A DNA stretch of 36,070 bases, from the UHGV virus genome UHGV-1528002. One strand, given 5' to 3'. The position numbers and the translations under genes are program-made. The DNA is from a virus. The notes beneath the pieces are model-generated. The model searched no databases. It saw only the letters and a program-made list of their open reading frames with translations, and was not told the DNA's origin. Position 1 is the stretch's first letter. Each line of letters opens with the position of its first letter. Below are positions 15,685 to 24,671 of this stretch, in pieces.

Positions 15685-17364
15685 ATGGCGGAAACAACTA
15701 AAGAGCGATTGAACAAACAGTTCGCACAACTTGAAAGCGAGCGTCAGTCGTTCGAGCCGCACTGGCGCGAGTTGAGTGATTACATCAACCCACGTGGTTC
15801 CCGCTTTCTGACTTCTGAGGTCAACCGTAACGATCGACGCAATACACGCATTATTGATTCGACCGGGACTATGGCGGCGCGCACTCTCGCCAGCGGCATG
15901 ATGTCAGGCATCACAAGCCCCGCGCGTCCGTGGTTTCGCCTGGCTACGCCAGATCCTGAAATGATGGATTATGGCCCTGTTAAGTTGTGGCTTGAGGCGG
16001 TGCAGAACCGCATGAACGATATGTTCAATAAGTCGAATCTCTACCAGTCTCTTCCGCAGTTATACGGAAGCCTCGGCACATACAGCACCGGTGCAATGGC
16101 GGTACTGGAGGATGACGAGGACATCATTCGCACAATGCCATTCCCGATAGGCAGTTACTACCTGGCTAACTCACCTCGTGGCAGTGTGGACACCTGTTTT
16201 CGCAAGTTCTCTATGACCGTTCGTCAGCTTGTTCAGGAGTTCGGGCTAAATAACGTCAGCGAATCCGTAAAAAGCATGTGGGAAAGCGGCACCTACGAGA
16301 AGTGGATTGAAGTGATGCATTCGGTTTACCCGAACATTGACCGCGATACATCGAAGCTGGATAGCAAGAACAAGCCATTCAAATCGGTTTATTACGAGGT
16401 TGGCGGTGATAACGACAAGTTGTTGCGTGAGTCCGGATTCGATGAGTTTCCAATTATGGCTCCGCGCTGGGAAGTTAATGGCGAAGATGTTTATGGATCA
16501 TCATGCCCGGGTATGCTGGCGCTTGGACCTGTTAAGGCATTGCAGCTTCTCCAGAAGCGCAAGTCGCAGTTGATTGATAAAGCCACCAATCCGCCGATGG
16601 TTGCTCCGACTTCCCTCAAGAATCAGCGCGCCTCCCTTCTTCCTGGCGACATCACGTATATCGATCAGATTACTGGTCAGGATGGATTCAGGCCTGCTTA
16701 TCTGGTTAACCCCAGTACAGCAGATTTGGTGGCAGACATTCAGGACACTCGTCAAATCATTAACAGCGCCTACTTTGTCGATCTGTTCATGATGTTGCAG
16801 AACATCAATACCCGCTCGATGCCTGTTGAAGCGGTGATCGAAATGAAAGAAGAAAAACTTCTGATGTTGGGGCCGGTTCTGGAGCGTCTGAACGACGAAT
16901 GTCTTAATCCTCTCATTGACCGCGCTTTCTCGATGATGGTGCGTAAAAACATGCTGCCGCCACCGCCTGACGCGATGGAAGGCATGCCCCTGAAGGTCGA
17001 ATACATTTCCGTCATGGCTCAGGCGCAGAAGTCTATCGGCCTGTCCAGTCTGGCGTCCACGGTTAACTTCATTGGTCAACTTGCGCAAGCGAAACCAGAA
17101 GCTCTCGACAAACTCAACGTTGATCAGGCGATCGATGCATTCGCTGATATGTCCGGAGTGTCTCCAACCGTCATTGTTCCGCAGGAACAGGTTGAGCAGG
17201 CTCGCCAGCAACGGGCACAGCAGCAACAGCAGCAACAAATGATGGCGATGGGGATGGCGGCGGCACAGGGTGTCAAGACGCTAAGTGAAGCTAAAACTTC
17301 GGATCCGAGTGTGTTGTCAGCTATGGCGAATGCAGTTAGTGGTCAGGGTGGGCAATCACAATGA
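15685..17364 (+). CDS. Portal (head-to-tail connector) protein, T7 gp8-like
   Basis: 559 aa; Gln-rich C-terminus QQRAQQQQQQQMMAMGMAAAQG parallels the T7 gp8 C-terminus; followed by scaffold and capsid genes. Confidence 0.8.
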   Translation: MAETTKERLNKQFAQLESERQSFEPHWRELSDYINPRGSRFLTSEVNRNDRRNTRIIDSTGTMAARTLASGMMSGITSPARPWFRLATPDPEMMDYGPVKLWLEAVQNRMNDMFNKSNLYQSLPQLYGSLGTYSTGAMAVLEDDEDIIRTMPFPIGSYYLANSPRGSVDTCFRKFSMTVRQLVQEFGLNNVSESVKSMWESGTYEKWIEVMHSVYPNIDRDTSKLDSKNKPFKSVYYEVGGDNDKLLRESGFDEFPIMAPRWEVNGEDVYGSSCPGMLALGPVKALQLLQKRKSQLIDKATNPPMVAPTSLKNQRASLLPGDITYIDQITGQDGFRPAYLVNPSTADLVADIQDTRQIINSAYFVDLFMMLQNINTRSMPVEAVIEMKEEKLLMLGPVLERLNDECLNPLIDRAFSMMVRKNMLPPPPDAMEGMPLKVEYISVMAQAQKSIGLSSLASTVNFIGQLAQAKPEALDKLNVDQAIDAFADMSGVSPTVIVPQEQVEQARQQRAQQQQQQQMMAMGMAAAQGVKTLSEAKTSDPSVLSAMANAVSGQGGQSQ

Positions 17365-17657
17365 CAGATTACGAAGACGATCAACTGAAAGAAGAAAACG
17401 CCCGTAAGCAACGTGACATGGCACAGCGTGAAATTGATGACATTCGCTTTGTCATGAGCAGTGAACAGGGGCGTCGCGTTGTCTGGTCGGTGCTGGAGAA
17501 AGGCCGTGTGTTTTCCGCTATCTCTCCGATGGATGCTATGGCAATGGCATTTAATGAGGGGCAACGCAATCTGGCGCTGGAACTGTTTCAGCGCGTTATG
17601 GCGCATTGCCCTGAACAGTATTTGAAGATGGCCAAAGAGGCCAGTGAACAGGAGTGA
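17361..17657 (+). CDS. Hypothetical head-module protein
   Basis: 98-aa ORF with ATGA overlap to portal; no recognised domain. Confidence 0.45.
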   Translation: MTDYEDDQLKEENARKQRDMAQREIDDIRFVMSSEQGRRVVWSVLEKGRVFSAISPMDAMAMAFNEGQRNLALELFQRVMAHCPEQYLKMAKEASEQE

Positions 17658-17659
17658 TC

Positions 17660-18355
17660 ATGAATTTATTTGAGCGTTTGCTGTATCGCCGTCTTTGCAA
17701 TGAGCAGCCAGTCGATGGTGGAGCAGCTCCGGCTGCGTCAGAACCGTCAGCGCCTGCAGGTGATACCCCTGCTCCAGTTGGTGATCCATCACAACAGGAA
17801 GGTGATAAGCCACAACCTGTTGCTGATGGCGATAAACCTGCTGATGACAAAAAGCCTGAAAACGATAAGCAGGATGAAAAAAAGGGTGGCGATAAACCAG
17901 AGGGTGCGCCTGAGAAGTACGAGTTTCAGGCTGCCGAAGGCGTAGAGCTGGATACAGAAGCGTTGAAGGAATTCGAGCCGGTGGCGCGAGAACTTAACCT
18001 GACCAACGAGCAAGCGCAAAAGCTGGTTGATGCTTATCCGAAGATTCTGGCAGGTGTTCAGCAGCGCCAGGCAGAAGCCTGGCAGAAAACAACCGAGCAG
18101 TGGGCTGCGGATGTAAAAGCTGACAAAGAAATCGGTGGCGACAAGTTGATTTCTAACCTTAGCGCCGCACAGCGTGCGCTTGACCAGTTCGGGACACCTG
18201 AACTCAAAGAATATCTGAACACCACCGGGCTGGGTAATCACCCTGATCTGGTCAAAACGTTCGTGAAAATCGGAAAGGCGATGTCTGAAGATGGCATGGT
18301 CACCGGTGGTAATGAAGGCCAGCGTAGTGCGGCCGAAGTGCTCTATGGCAAATAA
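17660..18355 (+). CDS. Scaffolding protein (T7 gp9-like position)
   Basis: Acidic Pro/Ala/Asp/Lys-rich N-terminal half, helical C-terminal half; ATG 17660 behind GGAG; between portal and major capsid. Confidence 0.55.
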   Translation: MNLFERLLYRRLCNEQPVDGGAAPAASEPSAPAGDTPAPVGDPSQQEGDKPQPVADGDKPADDKKPENDKQDEKKGGDKPEGAPEKYEFQAAEGVELDTEALKEFEPVARELNLTNEQAQKLVDAYPKILAGVQQRQAEAWQKTTEQWAADVKADKEIGGDKLISNLSAAQRALDQFGTPELKEYLNTTGLGNHPDLVKTFVKIGKAMSEDGMVTGGNEGQRSAAEVLYGK

Positions 18356-18363
18356 GAGAGGAA

Positions 18364-19356
18364 ATGACAATGTCTGTTAAAGGCTTAACTGCGCTAACGC
18401 TGGCTGACTGGGGTAAGCGCGTCGATCCAAACGGGAAAGTCGATAAGATTATCGAGCTTCTCGGTCAAACTAACCCGATCCTTCAGGATATGCCTTTTGT
18501 CGAAGGGAACCTTCCTACCGGACACCGAACCACCATTCGTTCTGGTTTACCTTCAGCTACCTGGCGTTTGCTGAACTATGGCGTACAGCCAAGCAAATCA
18601 ACCACAGTGCAGGTAACCGATTCCGTTGGCATGCTGGAAACCTATGCGGAAGTCGATAAGTCACTGGCTGATCTGAACGGCAATACCGCCGAATTCCGCC
18701 TGTCTGAAGACCGCGCATTTATTGAAGCGATGAATCAGCAGATGGCGCAGACGCTGTTTTATGGTGATTCCAGCGTTAACCCTCAGCAGTTTATGGGACT
18801 GTCCTCCCGCTATTCCAGCCTGTCTGCGGGTAATGCTCAGAACATCATTGATGCTGGTGGCACGGGTACAGATAACACCTCAATCTGGTTAGTGGTGTGG
18901 GGCGAAAACACCGTGCATGGCATCTTCCCGAAAGGGCAGAAGGCTGGCATCCAGATGGAAGATAAAGGCCAGGTGACACTGGAAGATGCTAATGGCGGCA
19001 AGTACGAAGGCTATCGCACCCATTACAAATGGGATAACGGACTTGCTCTGCGTGACTGGCGTTATGTTGTTCGCATTGCAAACATCGATGTCAGCAATCT
19101 TTCAGAACCTTCCTCTGCCGCAAATATTGCGAAGTTGATGGTTAAAGCACTGCATCGCATTCCAAACCGTGGCATGGGCCGCCCGGTGTTCTACATGAAC
19201 CGCACTGTAGGCCAGGCTCTTGATCTGCAGTCTCTGGAGAAAACATCTCTGGCGATTAGCGTAAAAGAGACTGAAGGCGAGTGGTGGACGTCATTCCGTG
19301 GTGTACCAATCCGTGAAACTGATGCGCTTCTGGAAACAGAAGCCCGCGTGGTGTAA
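18364..19356 (+). CDS. Major capsid protein, T7 gp10-like
   Basis: 330 aa; position after scaffold; resemblance to T7-type capsid proteins by recollection. Confidence 0.75.
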   Translation: MTMSVKGLTALTLADWGKRVDPNGKVDKIIELLGQTNPILQDMPFVEGNLPTGHRTTIRSGLPSATWRLLNYGVQPSKSTTVQVTDSVGMLETYAEVDKSLADLNGNTAEFRLSEDRAFIEAMNQQMAQTLFYGDSSVNPQQFMGLSSRYSSLSAGNAQNIIDAGGTGTDNTSIWLVVWGENTVHGIFPKGQKAGIQMEDKGQVTLEDANGGKYEGYRTHYKWDNGLALRDWRYVVRIANIDVSNLSEPSSAANIAKLMVKALHRIPNRGMGRPVFYMNRTVGQALDLQSLEKTSLAISVKETEGEWWTSFRGVPIRETDALLETEARVV

Positions 19357-19407
19357 CGCCTGTTATTAACCTGTGGGTCGTAACAGACCCACTAATGGAG
19401 AAAGAAG

Positions 19408-19845
19408 ATGATCACCGACAAACTGTTGATGTTCTCCGAAGCTCAGGCGGTTACGAATACCGCGGCTTCTACTGACGTAATCGATCTCGGTCCAATTGAC
19501 GGAAAACGTCGTGATATCGGCGTGGGTTACCCGCTTGAGTTTTGGGCGCTGGTTAACACAGCCGCCGCGGCAAGCGGTGATGCAACTGTAAACATCCAGT
19601 TGCAGACGAGTGAGAATAACAGCTCATGGACCACTATTTATGATAGTGGCGCACTGGCAAAGACCGCCCTGACAGCAGGTAAACGAGTTGTTTCTGCAAA
19701 GGTGCCTGCCGGTGTTCAGCGATATCTGCGTGTTAACTACTCCGTCGCAACTGGCCCACTAACGGCTGGCGAATTCACTGCTGGTATCAGTCTTGATGTT
19801 GATGCCAATACGCCGTATCCGATCCGCTCAAAAGTAACTGGTTAA
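19408..19845 (+). CDS. Hypothetical structural protein (possible capsid decoration/minor capsid)
   Basis: 145-aa ORF with good RBS directly after the major capsid gene. Confidence 0.45.
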   Translation: MITDKLLMFSEAQAVTNTAASTDVIDLGPIDGKRRDIGVGYPLEFWALVNTAAAASGDATVNIQLQTSENNSSWTTIYDSGALAKTALTAGKRVVSAKVPAGVQRYLRVNYSVATGPLTAGEFTAGISLDVDANTPYPIRSKVTG

Positions 19846-19846
19846 G

Positions 19847-20191
19847 GTGATATCGATGTCAGGTGAGAAACCAAGATACCGCGTTCTGCGCCTCTCTCAT
19901 ATCCATAACACACTGTGGCCGGAGGGGGCAGAAATCGAATACGAAGGTGAGCCTGGTAGCGCACTGGAACCTGTTAACGATGCAGCCAGACAGGCAAAAG
20001 CAAAAGTTGCAGGAAAGGTGTCAATGGCAGCAACCAGCACCAAAATCATCAACGATGTGTCAGATGATGGTGAACTGGATAAGCTCCGTGAAGAGTACGA
20101 ATTGCTCTTTAACGAGAAGCCACACCATAACGCCAAAGCTGAAACGCTCCGCGAGAAGATCGCAGATAAGCGTAAAGAACTGGGCGTGTAA
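19847..20191 (+). CDS. Hypothetical protein
   Basis: 114-aa ORF in the late operon, followed by a terminator. Confidence 0.45.
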   Translation: MISMSGEKPRYRVLRLSHIHNTLWPEGAEIEYEGEPGSALEPVNDAARQAKAKVAGKVSMAATSTKIINDVSDDGELDKLREEYELLFNEKPHHNAKAETLREKIADKRKELGV

Positions 20192-20208
20192 GCCTCGCGA
20201 ATCAGACA

Positions 20209-20229
20209 AGGGGCTTCGGCCCCTTTATT
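20209..20229 (+). terminator. Rho-independent terminator after the capsid gene block
   Basis: AGGGGC-ttcg-GCCCCT followed by TTATT; same position as the terminator after gene 10 in T7. Confidence 0.65.
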
Positions 20230-20235
20230 GCAGGA

Positions 20236-20565
20236 GTGTATATGGAACTCGTAAACCTCAAAACCGGCACTGACAGCTACCAGGATGAGAGCGGAGAAAC
20301 CAGAACTCGCGATGAATACCCGTGGGGGCTGTGCATCACGCTGAATAACGACACATTGAATAAGCTGAAGGCGCAACCTCAGGGCGTCGGAACAGAAGTG
20401 ATGATAACTGCGAAGGCTGTTATTCGAGGCCTGTCTGCCAGAGAAACTGACGATGGTGTTAATCGCAGCGCCGATCTGCAGATCACTGATATGGCAATCG
20501 CTCCTGTTTCCGGTGATGTAGAAAAATCAGCGGCTGAAACCCTCTACGGTAACGGGGGTGAGTGA
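20236..20565 (+). CDS. Hypothetical structural protein
   Basis: 109-aa ORF, ATGA overlap with the downstream tail gene. Confidence 0.45.
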   Translation: MYMELVNLKTGTDSYQDESGETRTRDEYPWGLCITLNNDTLNKLKAQPQGVGTEVMITAKAVIRGLSARETDDGVNRSADLQITDMAIAPVSGDVEKSAAETLYGNGGE

Positions 20566-21170
20566 TGGCCTCTGTAGTAGAGATCTGTAATCGTGCGCTG
20601 TCCAATATTGGCAACAGCCGCAGCATTAACAGCCTGACGGAAGCCAGCAAGGAAGCGGGGGAATGTTCGCTGCATTTTGAGGCCTGTCGTGATGCTGTGC
20701 TTTCTGATTTTGACTGGAACTTTGCTACAAAACGCGTGGCGCTTGCAGATACGAGCAATCCACCGCCTGACTGGGAATATGCGTACCAGTACCCTTCCGA
20801 TTGTCTGCGCATTACTGAAATTATGCTTCCTGGTGTACGCAATCCAACAGCAGCAATGCGTGTTCAGTACGAAGTTGGTGCAGACACCAACGGAACAGGA
20901 AAATTGATCTACACAGACCAGCCGCAGGCATGGCTTAAGTATGTCTCTCGCGTTACAGATGTGAACATGTTTGATGCCATTTTTATGGAGGCGCTGGCCT
21001 GGCGTCTTGCGGCAGCTATTAACATGGCGCTGACTGGGAATGCAGACCTCGGTACGTTTGCCCTCAATATGTACAATCGCGTGATTCTTAGTGCTGGCTC
21101 GCATAGCCAGAATGAATCACAGGAACCACAGCCACCGGTTGATGAGTTTACCATTGCGAGGTTGTCCTGA
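20562..21170 (+). CDS. Tail tubular protein A (T7 gp11-like)
   Basis: 202 aa; N-terminal EICNRALSNIGNSRSINSLTEAS parallels T7 gp11 (VNDILASIGEPPVSTLEG); position before a roughly 820-aa tail protein. Confidence 0.5.
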   Translation: MMASVVEICNRALSNIGNSRSINSLTEASKEAGECSLHFEACRDAVLSDFDWNFATKRVALADTSNPPPDWEYAYQYPSDCLRITEIMLPGVRNPTAAMRVQYEVGADTNGTGKLIYTDQPQAWLKYVSRVTDVNMFDAIFMEALAWRLAAAINMALTGNADLGTFALNMYNRVILSAGSHSQNESQEPQPPVDEFTIARLS

Positions 21171-23641
21171 TGGCTATCAGTTGGATCCAGCCCAGCTTTG
21201 CCGGTGGTGAGATTGGACCGTCGTTGTACGGTCGTATCGACATGGCGAAGTACCAGGTGGCATTGCGCAAGTGCGATAACTTTATCGTGCGGCAGTATGG
21301 CGGCGTTGAGAATCGACCTGGTACGCGTTTTGTCGGTGCCGCCAAATACCCAAATCGGAAATGCCGCCTGATCCCGTTCCAGTTCTCGACGGTTCAGACC
21401 TATGCTCTGGAGTTCGGGCACCAGTACATGCGCGTTATCAAAGATGGTGCGTTGGTGCTGAACAGCAGCAATGTTATTTATGAAATTGCCACGCCATATA
21501 CTGAAGCCGATCTGTTCCGAATTAAATTTACGCAAAGCGCCGACGTGCTTACGCTGGTTCACCCGGCATACCCGCCGAAAGAGTTGCGCCGCTATGCGCA
21601 TGACAACTGGCAACTGGTTGATGTGGTAACGAAGAACGGGCCATTTGAAGATATCAATATTGACGAGTCAGTGACGGTTTATGCCAGCGCCAGCACCGGG
21701 ACAATTACGTTAACAGCAAGCGCCTCTATTTTTGGCGCGGAGCAGGTAGGCAAATTGTTCTATCTGGAACAGCCTGCAGTGGATTCAGTGCCGGTATGGG
21801 AAACCAGTAAGAGTACGTCGATTGGCGATATTCGCCGTGCAGACAGTAACTACTATCGCGCCGTTACAGCAGGCAAAACAGGCACTTTGCGCCCTTCGCA
21901 TACAGAAGGCACATCATGGGATGGCTGGGGCGGATCCGGTGATGATGATACTGGCATTGAGTGGGAATATCTGCACAGTGGTTTTGGCATTGCCCGTATC
22001 ACTGCTGCAAATGGAACTACTGCAACTGCCGAGGTGATTTCCTATATCCCTTCGCAGGTCGTTGGCGAGGATAATGCCAGCTATAAATGGGCTAAATATG
22101 CCTGGAACAGTGTTAATGGTTATCCTGGCACTGTTGTTTATTATCAACAACGTCTTTACTTCGCCGCATCGACTGCGTTCCCTCAGACTATCTGGGCCAG
22201 CCGTACCGGGGATTATAAGGATTTTGGCAAAAGCAATCCTACGCAGGATGACGACAGAATTATCTACACCTATGCCGGGCGTCAGGTTAATGAGATCCGC
22301 CACCTGATTGATGTCGGTTCGCTGGTGGCACTGACTTCCGGAGGTGAGTACGTCATCACCGGCGACCAGAACAAAGTGTTAACCCCATCATCATTTGCAT
22401 TCAGCTCTCAGGGATCAAATGGCTCGAGCAATGTCCCACCAATTGCTGTGGCGAATATTGCTCTGTTCGTCCAGGAGAAAGGCAGCGTTGTCCGTGATCT
22501 GGCCTACTCATTCGATGTTGACGGCTATCAGGGGAACGACCTGACCATCCTTGCCAATCATCTTTTTCAGAAGCACAGCATTGTTGACTGGTGCTTCTCG
22601 ATTGTCCCTTACTCCAGCGCCTTCTGCATTCGTGATGACGGTAAATTACTGGTGATGACCTATTTGCGTGATCAGCAGGTTTTTGCATGGGCACCACAGT
22701 CCAGTACCGGAAAATATGAAAGCACATGCAGTATCAGCGAAGGCAATGAAGATGCGGTGTATTTCGTCGTTAACCGAACCGTTAACGGGCAAGCAGTGAG
22801 ATACATCGAGAGACTGTCCAGCCGTTTATTTACCAGCGATGAAGACGCTTTCTTTGTTGATTCTGGCCTTAGCTATGATGGAAGAAATACGTCTGACAGA
22901 ACGATGATCATCACTGGTGGTTCTGGTGAATGGGATTACCGCGCGGAATATACAATCAGTGTTTCTGGTGGTGCGTACTTCACCAGTAGTGATGTCGGTG
23001 CGCAACTACAGTTCCCTTATGCCGGAACTGATCCTGATACTGGCGATGAAGTGTCAAAAGAATTACGTTGCGACATTATTTCTGTAACCAGCAATACCGC
23101 TGTAGTGGTTCGTCCTAACAGGAACGTCCCGCCATCCCTCAGGAATGTGGCCACCACGAACTGGCAGATGGCGCGCCGGGCATTTGGCGGCTTGTCTCAT
23201 CTTGAAGGTCAGACCGTAAACATTCTCTCTGATGCGAACGTGGAACCACAGAAAGTGGTTTCCGGAGGTGCCGTCACGCTGGAATCTCCGGGGGCTGTAG
23301 TGCACATCGGCCTGCCAATAACTGCTGAATTCGAAACACTGGATATCAACATTAACGGACAGGAAACGCTGCTGGACAAAAAACAGGTGATCCCCTCCGT
23401 TACTCTGGTTGTGAATGCCAGTCGCGGCATCTGGGCGACTACGCCCGGCGGTAAATGGTACGAATATCCACAGCGTGAATTCGAGTTCTACGATGATCCT
23501 GTTGATGATGCTACCGGAAAAGTAGAAGTGAAACTGGACAGTAACTGGGGCAAAAACGGACGTGTAAAAATCCGTCAGCTTGACCCGTTGCCGCTGTCTG
23601 TTCTTGCCGTTATTCCTCGCCTTACTGTTGGGGGATTCTGA
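21170..23641 (+). CDS. Tail tubular protein B (T7 gp12-like)
   Basis: 823 aa, size and position as T7 gp12; weak N-terminal resemblance. Confidence 0.55.
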   Translation: MAISWIQPSFAGGEIGPSLYGRIDMAKYQVALRKCDNFIVRQYGGVENRPGTRFVGAAKYPNRKCRLIPFQFSTVQTYALEFGHQYMRVIKDGALVLNSSNVIYEIATPYTEADLFRIKFTQSADVLTLVHPAYPPKELRRYAHDNWQLVDVVTKNGPFEDINIDESVTVYASASTGTITLTASASIFGAEQVGKLFYLEQPAVDSVPVWETSKSTSIGDIRRADSNYYRAVTAGKTGTLRPSHTEGTSWDGWGGSGDDDTGIEWEYLHSGFGIARITAANGTTATAEVISYIPSQVVGEDNASYKWAKYAWNSVNGYPGTVVYYQQRLYFAASTAFPQTIWASRTGDYKDFGKSNPTQDDDRIIYTYAGRQVNEIRHLIDVGSLVALTSGGEYVITGDQNKVLTPSSFAFSSQGSNGSSNVPPIAVANIALFVQEKGSVVRDLAYSFDVDGYQGNDLTILANHLFQKHSIVDWCFSIVPYSSAFCIRDDGKLLVMTYLRDQQVFAWAPQSSTGKYESTCSISEGNEDAVYFVVNRTVNGQAVRYIERLSSRLFTSDEDAFFVDSGLSYDGRNTSDRTMIITGGSGEWDYRAEYTISVSGGAYFTSSDVGAQLQFPYAGTDPDTGDEVSKELRCDIISVTSNTAVVVRPNRNVPPSLRNVATTNWQMARRAFGGLSHLEGQTVNILSDANVEPQKVVSGGAVTLESPGAVVHIGLPITAEFETLDININGQETLLDKKQVIPSVTLVVNASRGIWATTPGGKWYEYPQREFEFYDDPVDDATGKVEVKLDSNWGKNGRVKIRQLDPLPLSVLAVIPRLTVGGF

Positions 23642-24105
23642 TGATTGACGTTCAAATTATTCCCGCTACCGAAGAGCATCTTCAGATGATTTTGCCGGAT
23701 GTTCGTCAGGCTGATATTGACGAACTGTATGCGGTATCGCTGATGACTACCGAAGATGCGCTGCGTGTTGGTCTTCGCACTGCGACTATGGCCTGGTCAG
23801 GATTTGCGAACGGAGAACTGGTAACCATGTTTGGCGTATCTCCGGCGTCAATGATCGGTGGCAATGGTACGCCCTGGCTGGTAGGAACCAGCCGTATTGA
23901 AAAATATCAGAAGACATTTCTTCGCCACTGCCGCCCTGTATTGCAGCAGATGCTGGCAGTTTATCCGCGCCTGGAAAACTACGTCGACGAGCGAAACCAT
24001 GTTGCCAAAGCATGGCTGCACTGGCTTGGATTCAGGCTTGAAGAAGCCGCGCCTTATGGTGCTCTTGGTCTTAATTTCCACAGATTTCACATGGAGAGAA
24101 AATAA
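23641..24105 (+). CDS. Putative internal virion protein (T7 gp13-like position)
   Basis: 154 aa between tail tube B and a gp14-like gene; assignment by position only. Confidence 0.4.
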   Translation: MIDVQIIPATEEHLQMILPDVRQADIDELYAVSLMTTEDALRVGLRTATMAWSGFANGELVTMFGVSPASMIGGNGTPWLVGTSRIEKYQKTFLRHCRPVLQQMLAVYPRLENYVDERNHVAKAWLHWLGFRLEEAAPYGALGLNFHRFHMERK

Positions 24106-24671
24106 TGTGTAACCCAGCCATCGCTTTGGTTGCCGTCACAGTGGCATCCACAGCCGCGTCAATGTACAGCCAGAGCAAGCAGGCAAAATACCAGTCAGCC
24201 ATAGCTGATCGGAATGCTGAAATTGCTGAAGCTCAGGCACAGGATTCAATCAATCGTGGGAATATTGAAGCGGATCAGCGTCGTCGTGAAATGCGTCAAC
24301 GCTCAGGTACTGCGGCGGCCACTATGGGGGCTACCGGTGCGGAATTAAGTAGCGGAACAGCTCTTGACGTTTTTGCGGATAATGCTCAGTTCGGCACTCT
24401 TGATGCGTTAACGACAGTGAATAATGCTCAGCGTGAGGCATATGGGTATCAGGTTCAGGGAATGAATGCTCAGGCACAGGGGGCTGCTGCTCAGTCGGCT
24501 GCTAAATCATCGATGACCAGCACTTTGTTAACGGCACCACTAAAAGCGTACGGTGCATATAAGTTGGGTGGCGGAAGTATCAATCCGATTAGTAAGCAAG
24601 GAAACACGCCAATGTTATCTAACTCAGGTTTTATGAATTCTGACTCCCGATTCAAAATAGGAGGTTACTGA
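24105..24671 (+). CDS. Internal virion protein B-like (T7 gp14-like)
   Basis: 188 aa starting MC, Ala/Gln/Ser-rich like T7 gp14. Confidence 0.5.
   Translation: MCNPAIALVAVTVASTAASMYSQSKQAKYQSAIADRNAEIAEAQAQDSINRGNIEADQRRREMRQRSGTAAATMGATGAELSSGTALDVFADNAQFGTLDALTTVNNAQREAYGYQVQGMNAQAQGAAAQSAAKSSMTSTLLTAPLKAYGAYKLGGGSINPISKQGNTPMLSNSGFMNSDSRFKIGGY

Noticed and set aside
16501-17238. 245-aa minus-strand ORF inside the portal gene
   Set aside because: Antisense to the portal gene; His/Arg-rich composition typical of an antisense reading frame.
20909-21613. 234-aa minus-strand ORF across the tail tubular A/B junction
   Set aside because: Antisense shadow ORF; the plus-strand genes are collinear with the T7 order.
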